Source: Gemmatimonadales bacterium
Lineage (GTDB): Bacteria > Gemmatimonadota > Gemmatimonadetes > Gemmatimonadales > GWC2-71-9
Direction: 5' to 3'
Length of the DNA: 64,000 nt
Assembly: GCA_039915685.1 (NCBI GenBank)
Contig: JBDSMU010000069.1
Location: 2,394 to 66,393 of the forward strand
A program made the translations under genes and the position numbers. Under the pieces are notes generated by a model that was given only the letters and a program-made list of their open reading frames with translations, was not told the DNA's origin and searched no databases. Below, piece after piece: positions 27,270-35,493 of the stretch (positions are counted from its first letter, which is position 1; every line of letters begins with the position of its first letter).

Positions 27270-27772
27270 ATTCTCTATTTTGGCTGCAGGTGCTGATCGG
27301 GCCAGACACCGTTTATTTCGTGCAGCGCCCAACCCCTCTCGCGGACGGGACGAATTCGACAGGCCGCCGGCCTTCTGGCTCACCGATGGATCACGCCCAG
27401 CATGACTGACCCGAGCGGGCAACAATGACCATCCCCCGGGTCGCTGAATCCAGGACTGGCCTTTTTGCGTACGGGTCGCCTGATTAACGTGTGTCGTACG
27501 CCTCGCTGCGACGTCCTCTCCACCAGACACGATGGCCGGCAACCGATTGATGCAGCACAGCGGTACGACCCGGAGCGCATGACGCCCGTCGCCGCCCATC
27601 CACATTACGCCGTACGTTCGACCACCCGTTGCTGCGGGCCCCAACAGGGCGACTGCGACGACAACCCTTGCACTCATTCCAGGAATGCGATGTCCATCCC
27701 CCTGCCGATAGTGGCGCCCACCAGCCTCAGCGCGGAGTTTTCCATTTCGTCGTTCCTCTCATCGGTGTCGCA

Positions 27773-29011
27773 ATGAGCGAACCGCGCGGTCGCCCATCGA
27801 GGCGTCGAGGACGGGGTCGAGGTCGTTCGGGGGGATCGCGTGAGGGAACGGTCGCGGGTGGTAATGGGGGTGTCGGCACTGCCCTTGAGACCCCTGACGG
27901 CGCAAGCGGCACTGTGCAGCGAGTTCCCGCCGAAGGGGTGCTCGAACTGGTCGAACGAGGTGGGGGATTCCTCCGACGCCGATCCGCCAGCTACCTCCCG
28001 GGCAATGGCGACGTGTTCGTGCCGCAAGCGATCATCGCACGAAACAAGTTGCGGCCCGGCGACGAGATCGTGGGAGAGGCCAACCCTTCGCGCAACGGCA
28101 AGGGCCCGGCGCTGGAGCGGGTCACATCGATCTTCGGTCGGGACCCAGCCGACTGCCTTGAGCGGATTGATTTCGGACGCCTCCCGGCGACTCATCCGAC
28201 CTCACCGCTCCGGCTGACGGTCTCGACACCTCTCTCGCGAAACTCCGACCTCACCGCCGCCATCGTTGACCTGATGATTCCCCTTGGGAAGGGTCAACGC
28301 GCGCTCGTGGTGGCCCCCGCGAAAGCTGGAAAGACCACGCTGCTCACCACCCTCGCCAAAGGGGTGGCGGCCAACCATCCCGATGCCACCCTCTATATCC
28401 TCCTGGCTGACGAGCGTCCAGAAGAGGTGACCGAGATGGAGATGGCAGTCACCGCCGAGGTGATCGCGTCGAGCTTCGACCACGGTGCGGCCCGCCATGT
28501 CGCCGTCGCCGAGACCACGCTAGAGCGTGCCCGTCGTCGGGTAGAGCTGGGCGAGGACGTGGTCATCATTCTCGATTCCCTCACCCGACTGGCCCGCGCG
28601 TACAACAACATCGACAAGGGCTCTGGACGCACCCTGTCGGGCGGCATCGGGGCAGAGGCAATGGAGCGACCAAAGCGGTTTTTCGGCAGCGCCCGCGCGA
28701 TCGATCCCCGTCACGGCGCCGGATCACTCACGATCATCGCGACGGCACTCAAGGACACCGGATCGAAGGCCGACGAAGTGATCTTCGAGGAGTTCAAGGG
28801 CACCGGCAACGCCGAGATCGTGCTGAGTCGCGAGCTCGCCGACCGCCGGGTCTTTCCCGCGATCGACATTGCCGCGAGTGGTACCCGTCGCGAGGAGCTG
28901 CTGCTCGACCCCGAAACGCTGGCTCGAGCCCACGCCCTACGGCAGCAGACTGCCGGCCTGCCTGCGACCAAGCAGATCGAGGTGGTGAAGGACGCCATCC
29001 AGCGGGGGTGA
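27773..29011 (+). CDS. rho: Transcription termination factor Rho (Arg/Gly-rich N-terminus)
   Basis: GVLELVERGGGFLR (CSD-like RNA-binding domain), Walker A APAKAGKTTLL, LDSLTRLARAYN, FPAIDI. Start refined to ATG 27773. Confidence 0.95.
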   Translation: MSEPRGRPSRRRGRGRGRSGGSREGTVAGGNGGVGTALETPDGASGTVQRVPAEGVLELVERGGGFLRRRSASYLPGNGDVFVPQAIIARNKLRPGDEIVGEANPSRNGKGPALERVTSIFGRDPADCLERIDFGRLPATHPTSPLRLTVSTPLSRNSDLTAAIVDLMIPLGKGQRALVVAPAKAGKTTLLTTLAKGVAANHPDATLYILLADERPEEVTEMEMAVTAEVIASSFDHGAARHVAVAETTLERARRRVELGEDVVIILDSLTRLARAYNNIDKGSGRTLSGGIGAEAMERPKRFFGSARAIDPRHGAGSLTIIATALKDTGSKADEVIFEEFKGTGNAEIVLSRELADRRVFPAIDIAASGTRREELLLDPETLARAHALRQQTAGLPATKQIEVVKDAIQRG

Positions 29012-29119
29012 CCTGCTGGCTGTGCCTCCCGGCATGTGAACGGTCGTCACTTAGGATGTCGGCATGACCGGCACGCGCTGCTTGGACGGCGGCGCTCCAC
29101 ACTCGGAGGTGAATTCAAC

Positions 29120-29416
29120 ATGACCATGTTCCGCAATGCAGTAACTCTGGCCGGTCTGGCGATTGGTTGCCTGGCCCTCTCCGTCGCCCCGGCCGCCGCG
29201 CAGGCACCGACCAGCGCCGTCGTTGCGCCCACTCCGGCTCCGGTTGAGGCGCAGCGAGCCGGCCCGCGCCTAGCTCCCCGATGGGAGCCCGCGCCAGTGC
29301 TCCTCCCCGGTCAAACCGAGGGGCGTGAAATCAACGCCGCCGCCCGTGGTACGGTGACGATCCCGGTCGTGACCCTCCTCTTGGGCATCATCATCCTGAT
29401 CCTGTTGGTGGGTTGA
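29120..29416 (+). CDS. Small secreted/membrane-anchored hypothetical protein
   Basis: ATG 29120 lies 10 nt after GGAGGTG. Signal peptide ..LSVAPAAAQA and a C-terminal hydrophobic helix VVTLLLGIIILILLVG. Confidence 0.5.
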   Translation: MTMFRNAVTLAGLAIGCLALSVAPAAAQAPTSAVVAPTPAPVEAQRAGPRLAPRWEPAPVLLPGQTEGREINAAARGTVTIPVVTLLLGIIILILLVG

Positions 29417-29417
29417 A

Positions 29418-29675
29418 ATGGACATCCTGACGTGGATCATCGTGGGCCTGATCGCTGGCGTGCTCGCATCATTCGTGATGGGCGGCATTGGCTACGGCCT
29501 GATCGGTGACATCATCGTGGGTATCGTCGGTGCCGTACTTGGCGGTTGGCTCTTTTCGGCACTCGGCGTCGCGTCGCCGTTCGGCGGGCTGGCCGGCGTC
29601 ATCTTTGTGGCCTTCGTCGGTGCAGTGGTGTTGCTGCTGATCCTTCGCGCGCTCCGTCCTCGCCGGGCACACTGA
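29418..29675 (+). CDS. GlsB/YeaQ/YmgE family stress-response membrane protein
   Basis: 85-aa Gly-rich three-helix membrane protein, IIVGLIAGVLASFV..GDIIVGIVGAVLGGWLF. Confidence 0.85.
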   Translation: MDILTWIIVGLIAGVLASFVMGGIGYGLIGDIIVGIVGAVLGGWLFSALGVASPFGGLAGVIFVAFVGAVVLLLILRALRPRRAH

Positions 29676-29695
29676 CGCCTCCGGTATGAATCAGT

Positions 29696-29739
29696 CTGGG
29701 GGGAGCAGCGCACACGCGCTCCTCCCCCCAGGTTTTTTT
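29696..29739 (+). terminator. Rho-independent terminator
   Basis: 16-bp stem (CTGGGGGGAGCAGCGC / GCGCTCCTCCCCCCAG, one mismatch), ACAC loop, then G + T7 (29733-29739). Begins 21 nt after the stop at 29675. Confidence 0.8.
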
Positions 29740-29759
29740 CGGGCTGCATCCCACCGTCG

Positions 29760-30941
29760 TCAATGCTGTGCCAATGCGCCCTGCATCGCATCGGACAGCG
29801 CGGCCACCGTGATCGGCTTCATGAGGACCCGCCGGATTCCGGAGGCCTCCAGCGCGGAAAGCGGAAAGTCTTCGACGTATCCGGTGAGCAGCAGGATCGG
29901 TAGCTCGGGCCGCTGACGGTGGAACTCGCGGGCGAGCTCGATGCCGTTCATTCGCGGCATGGAATAATCGGTGATCACGAGGTCGATGCCCGCACCGCGC
30001 TCCCGAAACACCTCGAGCGCGGCATGGGGTTCGGTGAATCCGACGACGTCGTATCCGAGATCCTGCATCCTCCGCTCACCGAGCCGGATGAGCGAGGGTT
30101 CATCGTCTACCAGCATCACGGTCTTGCGCGGTTCTGGCGTCGTCGTGTACAGATCGAGCCGGAGGTCCGTCGGGGCACCCGACACCGGGAAAAGGCAGCA
30201 AACCGTGGTCCCGAGCCCAGGCTCGCTGTCAAGCCACATCGTCCCACCTTGCTCGCGCACCACGCCATGAGCCATCGAAAGCCCAAGTCCGGTACCGCGC
30301 TCCGACGCCTTGGTGGTGAAAAACGGCTCGATGGCACGCTGGCGCGTTGCTACGTCCATCCCGTGCCCGTCGTCACGAATGGTCAGCAGGACAAACGACC
30401 CCTGCTGGATCTCCGGATGTGCCCTGACAAAAGCGTCGTTGGCCGCGAACGACTCAAGCGCCACCTCGAGCGTGCCGCCTTGCGGCATCGCGTGCACCGC
30501 ATTGTTCGCCAGGTTCATCATCAGGTGATGCACGCCGGTGGCGTTGCCCACCACCGGCGGAAGGTACCCCTCGTGACGCAGCCGAATATCTATGCCCGCC
30601 GGGATGGTGGCGCGCAGGAGCCGAACTGCATCAGCCACCACGGTATCGAGATGGATCGCCTCCGGCACCACCTGCTCGCGGCGAGAGAACCGAAGGATCC
30701 GCTCCACCAGCTCCTTGCCCCGCTCGGCCGCGCGCAGCACCTCGTCCAGATCGGTCACGACGCCCGGGGCGGTCTCACGGGCCGATGACCGGGCCAGCTC
30801 GGTAAAGCCGATGATCATCCCCAGGATGTTGTTGAAATCATGAGCGATGCCACCAGCCAGCCGGCCCATTGCTTCCATTTTCTGCGACTGCCGGCGCTGT
30901 TCGGCCTGCTCCCGAGCCGCATCATCCACGACATCACTCAT
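29760..30941 (-). CDS. Hybrid histidine kinase (HisKA-HATPase-REC) without a recognisable sensor domain
   Basis: H-box GGIAHDFNNIL, N/G boxes NLANNAVHAM, DDGHGM, GTGLGLS. C-terminal REC VMLVDDE..DLVITDYSMPRMNG..LLTGY..MKP. Start refined to ATG 30941, preceded by GGAGGG. Confidence 0.9.
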   Translation of the reverse strand: MSDVVDDAAREQAEQRRQSQKMEAMGRLAGGIAHDFNNILGMIIGFTELARSSARETAPGVVTDLDEVLRAAERGKELVERILRFSRREQVVPEAIHLDTVVADAVRLLRATIPAGIDIRLRHEGYLPPVVGNATGVHHLMMNLANNAVHAMPQGGTLEVALESFAANDAFVRAHPEIQQGSFVLLTIRDDGHGMDVATRQRAIEPFFTTKASERGTGLGLSMAHGVVREQGGTMWLDSEPGLGTTVCCLFPVSGAPTDLRLDLYTTTPEPRKTVMLVDDEPSLIRLGERRMQDLGYDVVGFTEPHAALEVFRERGAGIDLVITDYSMPRMNGIELAREFHRQRPELPILLLTGYVEDFPLSALEASGIRRVLMKPITVAALSDAMQGALAQH

Positions 30942-31004
30942 GTACCCTCCAGGTTCGGGGGGTGACGACCCAGCGGTGCGGTGCCCACACTCCACAACCG
31001 GCAA

Positions 31005-32081
31005 TCAGGTGAGAAATTCGTGCAACAAGCCGTGAAAATGGTGCACCCCGTTCTCGCGGGTGGGGGAGTAACGGCCCCGATCGTATGCCCGCGAACGCAG
31101 GTTGTGCTGCACCGTTTCACAGATGGCGATGTCTTCGTCCTGGATCTCGTCGCTGAATTCCACCAAGCTCGACCATTCCCGATCATTGGCCGCATCCGCC
31201 GGGGGATTGGCAGCGAACCATTCGAACACAACCTCGCACCGATCCACCCCCCTCGGAATCACGAGATTCGTCTGCATCTGACCTTGGTAGACGTTCAGCA
31301 TCATGTTGGGGAAGAGCCAGTAGTACTGCGCGTCGCGCGATGCCTCGGTGGCGATATATCGGCGTTTCTCGGGGCCCGGCGCCACGGGGCGCAGCGGAGC
31401 GTGCTGCAACGACCAGTACCGGTGAGGCTCGACACGGTATTCCGCATAGTCGAGCTCGCGGTGCAACCCGGGGTGTACCATCGGCAGGTGGTAGCCCTCG
31501 AGATAGTTGTCGATGTACACTTTCCAGTTGCACGCGACTGTCCACGCCTTGCGCATCACGTGGCGCATCGCGTGCGGTTCAAACGACGCCGTTCGGGCGT
31601 CGATTCCTTCCCAGAATGCAGCAAGCGGCGGTGCCTTGAGGTCAAGGTTCGCGAGAACCAGCGGCCCCCATGTCGCGACCTGGACCGGCAGCAGGTGCAT
31701 CTCCTCCGGACGGAATCCGGCCGACTCTTCCATTTCGGGGGCGCGCATCAAGGTGCCGTCGAGCCGGTAGGTCCAGCCATGGTAGGCACACTGCAGTGAC
31801 TTGCGGACGCCGCATCCAGACGCCACGGGGCCAGCGCGGTGCAGACAGATGTTGTGAAACGCGCGCAGTGTGTCGCCGTCGCGGAGCACGACCACGGATT
31901 CTCCGGCATTTTCCGCGGTGAAAAACTGACCGTGTTCGGCAACCTGGTCGGTGCGACCAACCAGTTGCCAGGTCCGGCCGAAGATCCGCTCATCCTCGAG
32001 CGCCAGGTACACGGGATCGGTGTACAGGCGCGACGGAATCGTGGCAGCCCGGCTGATGTCGGCATCGAAAGAGAAGATCAT
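31005..32081 (-). CDS. Rieske [2Fe-2S] non-haem-iron oxygenase alpha subunit (choline-monooxygenase-like)
   Basis: Rieske motif CLHRAG...CAYHGW. Mononuclear iron region NYLEGYHLPMVHP. Confidence 0.9.
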   Translation of the reverse strand: MIFSFDADISRAATIPSRLYTDPVYLALEDERIFGRTWQLVGRTDQVAEHGQFFTAENAGESVVVLRDGDTLRAFHNICLHRAGPVASGCGVRKSLQCAYHGWTYRLDGTLMRAPEMEESAGFRPEEMHLLPVQVATWGPLVLANLDLKAPPLAAFWEGIDARTASFEPHAMRHVMRKAWTVACNWKVYIDNYLEGYHLPMVHPGLHRELDYAEYRVEPHRYWSLQHAPLRPVAPGPEKRRYIATEASRDAQYYWLFPNMMLNVYQGQMQTNLVIPRGVDRCEVVFEWFAANPPADAANDREWSSLVEFSDEIQDEDIAICETVQHNLRSRAYDRGRYSPTRENGVHHFHGLLHEFLT

Positions 32082-33422
32082 TCAGACTCCCAGAGCAATG
32101 GCGGCAAGAATCCCGGCGATACCGACCAGCGTCATCAGCACCCATCCTCCGATCGCAAAACGCAGCCAGCGCTGCAGCGGCACGCCGGCGGCAAGGAGCA
32201 CCGCGAGCAGTGCCCCGTTCGTCGGCGTGATCATGTCGCACAACCCGGCACCCGTCTGATAGGCCAGCACCGCCACCTGTCGGGACAACCCGATGAGATC
32301 GGCGAGCGGTGCCATGATCGGCATCGTAAGCGCGGCCTGTCCGCTCACACTCGACACCGGGACGTGGAGAATAGTGTGAAACGGCACCATCAGCAGTGCC
32401 GCAGCCGTCGGCGGTGCCGATGCGAGGGGCATTGCGAGCCCGTTGAGGATCGTGTCGATCACCTTGCCGTCGGCCAACACCACTGAAATGCTGCGTGCCG
32501 CCGCCACGAGCATCGCCGCCGGGAGCAACGCCTGCATTCCCTCGACATAGTTCCGGATCGTGCCATCGACACCCAGACCTCCGACCAGGCCGGCAGCGAT
32601 CGCACCGATGAAGAACGCCCCAGAGAGTTCGTTGAATCCCCAACCCAGTGCCAGCGCCCCGTAGACATAGGCGGCAAGCGGGAGGATCATGAAGGAGAGA
32701 ATCAGCGCGTCGCGCCCGGTAAACGCTGCGGTGCCCGCATCCCCGGACAACACTGGCACCACGCGATGCTTGGTCGCGTGACGCAACGTCCACCCCGTCC
32801 ACACGGCGACCCCTACACCGAGCATGCCAAGGCGAAGCGCCGCGCCCGACAGCAGCGGCAACTCGGCGAGCTTGAGCGCGATACCTGCCTGGAACGGGTT
32901 GGTCGGACCAAACGCACTCCCGACGATTGCTGCACCGGCGCTCATCGCCACCACTGTCACCGGATCCACGCCCAGCCGCAGGCCTAGAATGAGCAGGACC
33001 GGGATGAGGGGGATGATCTCCTCCTGCATATTCTCGATCGCGCCCATTGCTGCAAAGAGGACGACCACCAGCGGAATCGCGATCATGACGCGACCGCCGA
33101 GTCGGTTGACAAATGCACCAATCCCGCGTCCCAGCGTCCCGAGCCGCTCGACCACCACCCACGCGCCGCCCACGAGCAGGATCGCGATGACGACCTCCGC
33201 TCCCTCGACGAAGCCCTGTGCGATTGCAACAGCTGCCCGGAAGGGACCGACGCCCTGCGCGTCCACCGCTTGATAGGTTCCGGGAATGACCACCGTGCGG
33301 CCAGTCGCGGCGTCCAGGTGTCTGGCGTACTCTCCAGCGGGGAGCACCCAAGTGAGCGCGGCGGCCAGCGCGACGCCGATGAGCAGGAGGATGTACGGAT
33401 GCGGGAGCCGGAACCGGGGCAC
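32082..33422 (-). CDS. YfcC/DcuC-like (C4-dicarboxylate anaerobic carrier family) transporter
   Basis: Polytopic; C-terminal SGQAALTMPIMAPLADLIGLSRQVAVLAYQ matches the YfcC family. GTG start preceded by GAGGAG. Confidence 0.85.
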   Translation of the reverse strand: MPRFRLPHPYILLLIGVALAAALTWVLPAGEYARHLDAATGRTVVIPGTYQAVDAQGVGPFRAAVAIAQGFVEGAEVVIAILLVGGAWVVVERLGTLGRGIGAFVNRLGGRVMIAIPLVVVLFAAMGAIENMQEEIIPLIPVLLILGLRLGVDPVTVVAMSAGAAIVGSAFGPTNPFQAGIALKLAELPLLSGAALRLGMLGVGVAVWTGWTLRHATKHRVVPVLSGDAGTAAFTGRDALILSFMILPLAAYVYGALALGWGFNELSGAFFIGAIAAGLVGGLGVDGTIRNYVEGMQALLPAAMLVAAARSISVVLADGKVIDTILNGLAMPLASAPPTAAALLMVPFHTILHVPVSSVSGQAALTMPIMAPLADLIGLSRQVAVLAYQTGAGLCDMITPTNGALLAVLLAAGVPLQRWLRFAIGGWVLMTLVGIAGILAAIALGV

Positions 33423-33454
33423 GGACGCTCCTCATGCAACGAGTGGGTGATGCA

Positions 33455-33491
33455 GAGCGGGTGGCCCGCGCTTCGCGCAAGCCACCCGCTC
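33455..33491 (-). other. Intercistronic stem-loop (11-bp perfect stem) between the DinB gene and the YfcC-like gene
   Basis: GAGCGGGTGGC (33455-33465) / GCCACCCGCTC (33481-33491) with a 15-nt loop. No U-tract follows. Confidence 0.35.
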
Positions 33492-33511
33492 ATGAACGAG
33501 TTAACCGGAAA

Positions 33512-34039
33512 TCAGCCGCCCTGGCTGGACGGCGGCGTCATCCCCTTCATGCGCATGTACGTGACGATGTTGCCGTAATGCTCGGCGTTGTGCGCGATGT
33601 TGAACGTGAGCGCCCAGAGACGGCTCCCCTTCATCCCGAACAAGTCGACCTGGTCGTGCTCCTTGCCATGGGGCATCGCATACGCCGTCTCGCAGTAGGC
33701 CATCGCGCCCTTGATCGCCGCGACAAGCGCCGCCTTGTCGGTCACCTTCTCGAAATCGACTTTCGACGGGGTATCCTCGGACTTGGCCGCAGAGCAGAAG
33801 GTGTAGTTGGCCCCGGCGACGTGCCCGACCAGTTCACCGAAGCTGCGCACACCCGCCGTCGGGCGGTAAACGTAATCAGCTTCAGGCATCTGCTCGGCAG
33901 CAGCAGCCACCCACCCGAGAAACTGGGAGTGCAGCGGCTTGATGTCGGCGAACCCGCCGCCCATCATCTCGTGCTCCTGGGCAGCGAGAGGTGTCACAAC
34001 AACGAGTGCGAATAGTGCGAGCGTGGCAGTGGTGCGCAT
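33512..34039 (-). CDS. DinB-family protein with signal peptide
   Basis: Signal peptide; His triad context FGELVGHVAG ... AHNAEHYGNIVTYMR. Confidence 0.8.
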   Translation of the reverse strand: MRTTATLALFALVVVTPLAAQEHEMMGGGFADIKPLHSQFLGWVAAAAEQMPEADYVYRPTAGVRSFGELVGHVAGANYTFCSAAKSEDTPSKVDFEKVTDKAALVAAIKGAMAYCETAYAMPHGKEHDQVDLFGMKGSRLWALTFNIAHNAEHYGNIVTYMRMKGMTPPSSQGG

Positions 34040-34062
34040 GATTCCTTCCGTGATGAGGTTTA

Positions 34063-35493
34063 TCAGTTGATCCCGACCCGGCCCTTGACCGATTCGATCA
34101 GCAGGGCGGGATCATACCCGACGCCATCCTTGAACACCACCACGGTGTTCTTGATCTGACGCGGTTCTTTCACGATGTCGCCCTTGATGACCACGAGATC
34201 GGCGAGCTTCCCCACGGCGATCGTTCCGAGTTCCTTGTCGACCCCCAGCACCCGGGCGCCGTTGAGCGTCATGATCTGCAGTGCGACCGAAGGCGAGAAG
34301 CCCGCTTCGATGAGCAGGTCATAATTGCGCTGGTCGCCGAACCCCGGCAGGGCGCCGCCGATCCCGGTCGGGTCCACACCCGCGGCCAGCAGGCCACCGG
34401 CGGCCACAAATGCCCGCTCGAACGCCATGGCCGTCTTGAGGCGGGCGTCGGTAAGCGCCGGGTTGGGGTTCTCGTCGATCTGCTTCCGCTGCGCCAGATA
34501 GGCTTCTCGTACCTCGGGTGCCATGGCGGTGGAGGTGCGCTCATCGAGCGGCGCGCGACCGGGGAAAATGGTTTCGTAGATCGCGAGCGTGGAGGTCATC
34601 GAAACCTTGTGATCGACCATCGCCTTGATGGTGGCATTCCACGCCGCCGCGTCGGGATTCGCGTTCTCGTGCGAGGTGGCGGTGACCAGGATGTTGGTCG
34701 GGCAGTTGTCCGCCTTCTTGCCCGGCGCGAAGTCACTCGCCGTGAACAATCCGTGCTCCAGATTGTCGATGCCGAGTGCCACCGCTTCCTGAAACGAGAC
34801 GGAGCAGATGTGTCCCGTGACTTTCATGCCCCGGGCGTGCGCTGCGTCGATGGCGGCCTTGAGGTCGGCACTGCGGATCTCGGTGTACGACTTGAGCCAA
34901 GTCGCGCCTTCGTCGCCCCAGTAATTCACAAACCGGCGGGCCTGCTCGGGTGAGCCGATAGCTGTCATGTAACCCGCACCGTCAGTGCCCGTCATGTAGG
35001 GCGCCGTGATGTGGATGCGCGGGCCGACCTGCTCACCGGCTTCCACCGCCGCCTTCAGGTTGATGTCGGCGTACGCGCTGTTGCTCCCGGTGGTGCGCAC
35101 TGTCGTGACACCAGACGCGAGATAGAGGCGTGGTGCGGTGAAGCTCGCCTGCACCCGGCGACCACCAGCGGCCGTGTAGAAGAGGTGATTGTGTGCGCCG
35201 ACGATACCGGGGATCACGGTGTGTCCCGGCAGGTCCATCACCCGGGCTCCCGCCGGCACTGTCGTGCGCCCGGTCGGACCGGTCGCGGCGATCCGCCCGT
35301 TGGCGATGACCACCGTCTGGCCGATACGCGCCGCCGCTCCGGTGCCGTCGAGCACCGTGACGTTGGTAAGCGCCACCACCGGCTCGGCGACCGACACGAA
35401 ACGCTTCACGCCTGGCGAAAGCGATGTGGCCGCTTGCGCGGTGAGCGGGCCCGCCATGCAGAGTGCCAGCGCGGGAACCAGAGTGAGTTTCAT
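34063..35493 (-). CDS. Amidohydrolase family protein (secreted)
   Basis: Signal peptide, GIVGAHNHLF metal site, KVTGHICS, C-terminal GKLADLVVIKGD. Confidence 0.85.
   Translation of the reverse strand: MKLTLVPALALCMAGPLTAQAATSLSPGVKRFVSVAEPVVALTNVTVLDGTGAAARIGQTVVIANGRIAATGPTGRTTVPAGARVMDLPGHTVIPGIVGAHNHLFYTAAGGRRVQASFTAPRLYLASGVTTVRTTGSNSAYADINLKAAVEAGEQVGPRIHITAPYMTGTDGAGYMTAIGSPEQARRFVNYWGDEGATWLKSYTEIRSADLKAAIDAAHARGMKVTGHICSVSFQEAVALGIDNLEHGLFTASDFAPGKKADNCPTNILVTATSHENANPDAAAWNATIKAMVDHKVSMTSTLAIYETIFPGRAPLDERTSTAMAPEVREAYLAQRKQIDENPNPALTDARLKTAMAFERAFVAAGGLLAAGVDPTGIGGALPGFGDQRNYDLLIEAGFSPSVALQIMTLNGARVLGVDKELGTIAVGKLADLVVIKGDIVKEPRQIKNTVVVFKDGVGYDPALLIESVKGRVGIN

Noticed and set aside
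27460-27625. Four GTACG/CGTACG occurrences in the rho leader as a possible motif
   Set aside because: The words are short (5-6 nt), with irregular spacing and no shared flanks. I could not distinguish this from chance without genome-wide statistics.
26064-27677. 537-aa minus-strand ORF antisense to the tryptophanase gene. Similar long ORFs occur at 31990-33480(-), 61283-62761(-), 62182-63228(+), 58691-59740(+), 38317-39450(+), 40817-41809(+), 10716-11717(-) and 24450-25616(+).
   Set aside because: These are typical high-GC shadow ORFs. Their products are Arg/Pro/Gly-rich with no recognisable motifs, and each overlaps a well-supported gene in another frame or strand.
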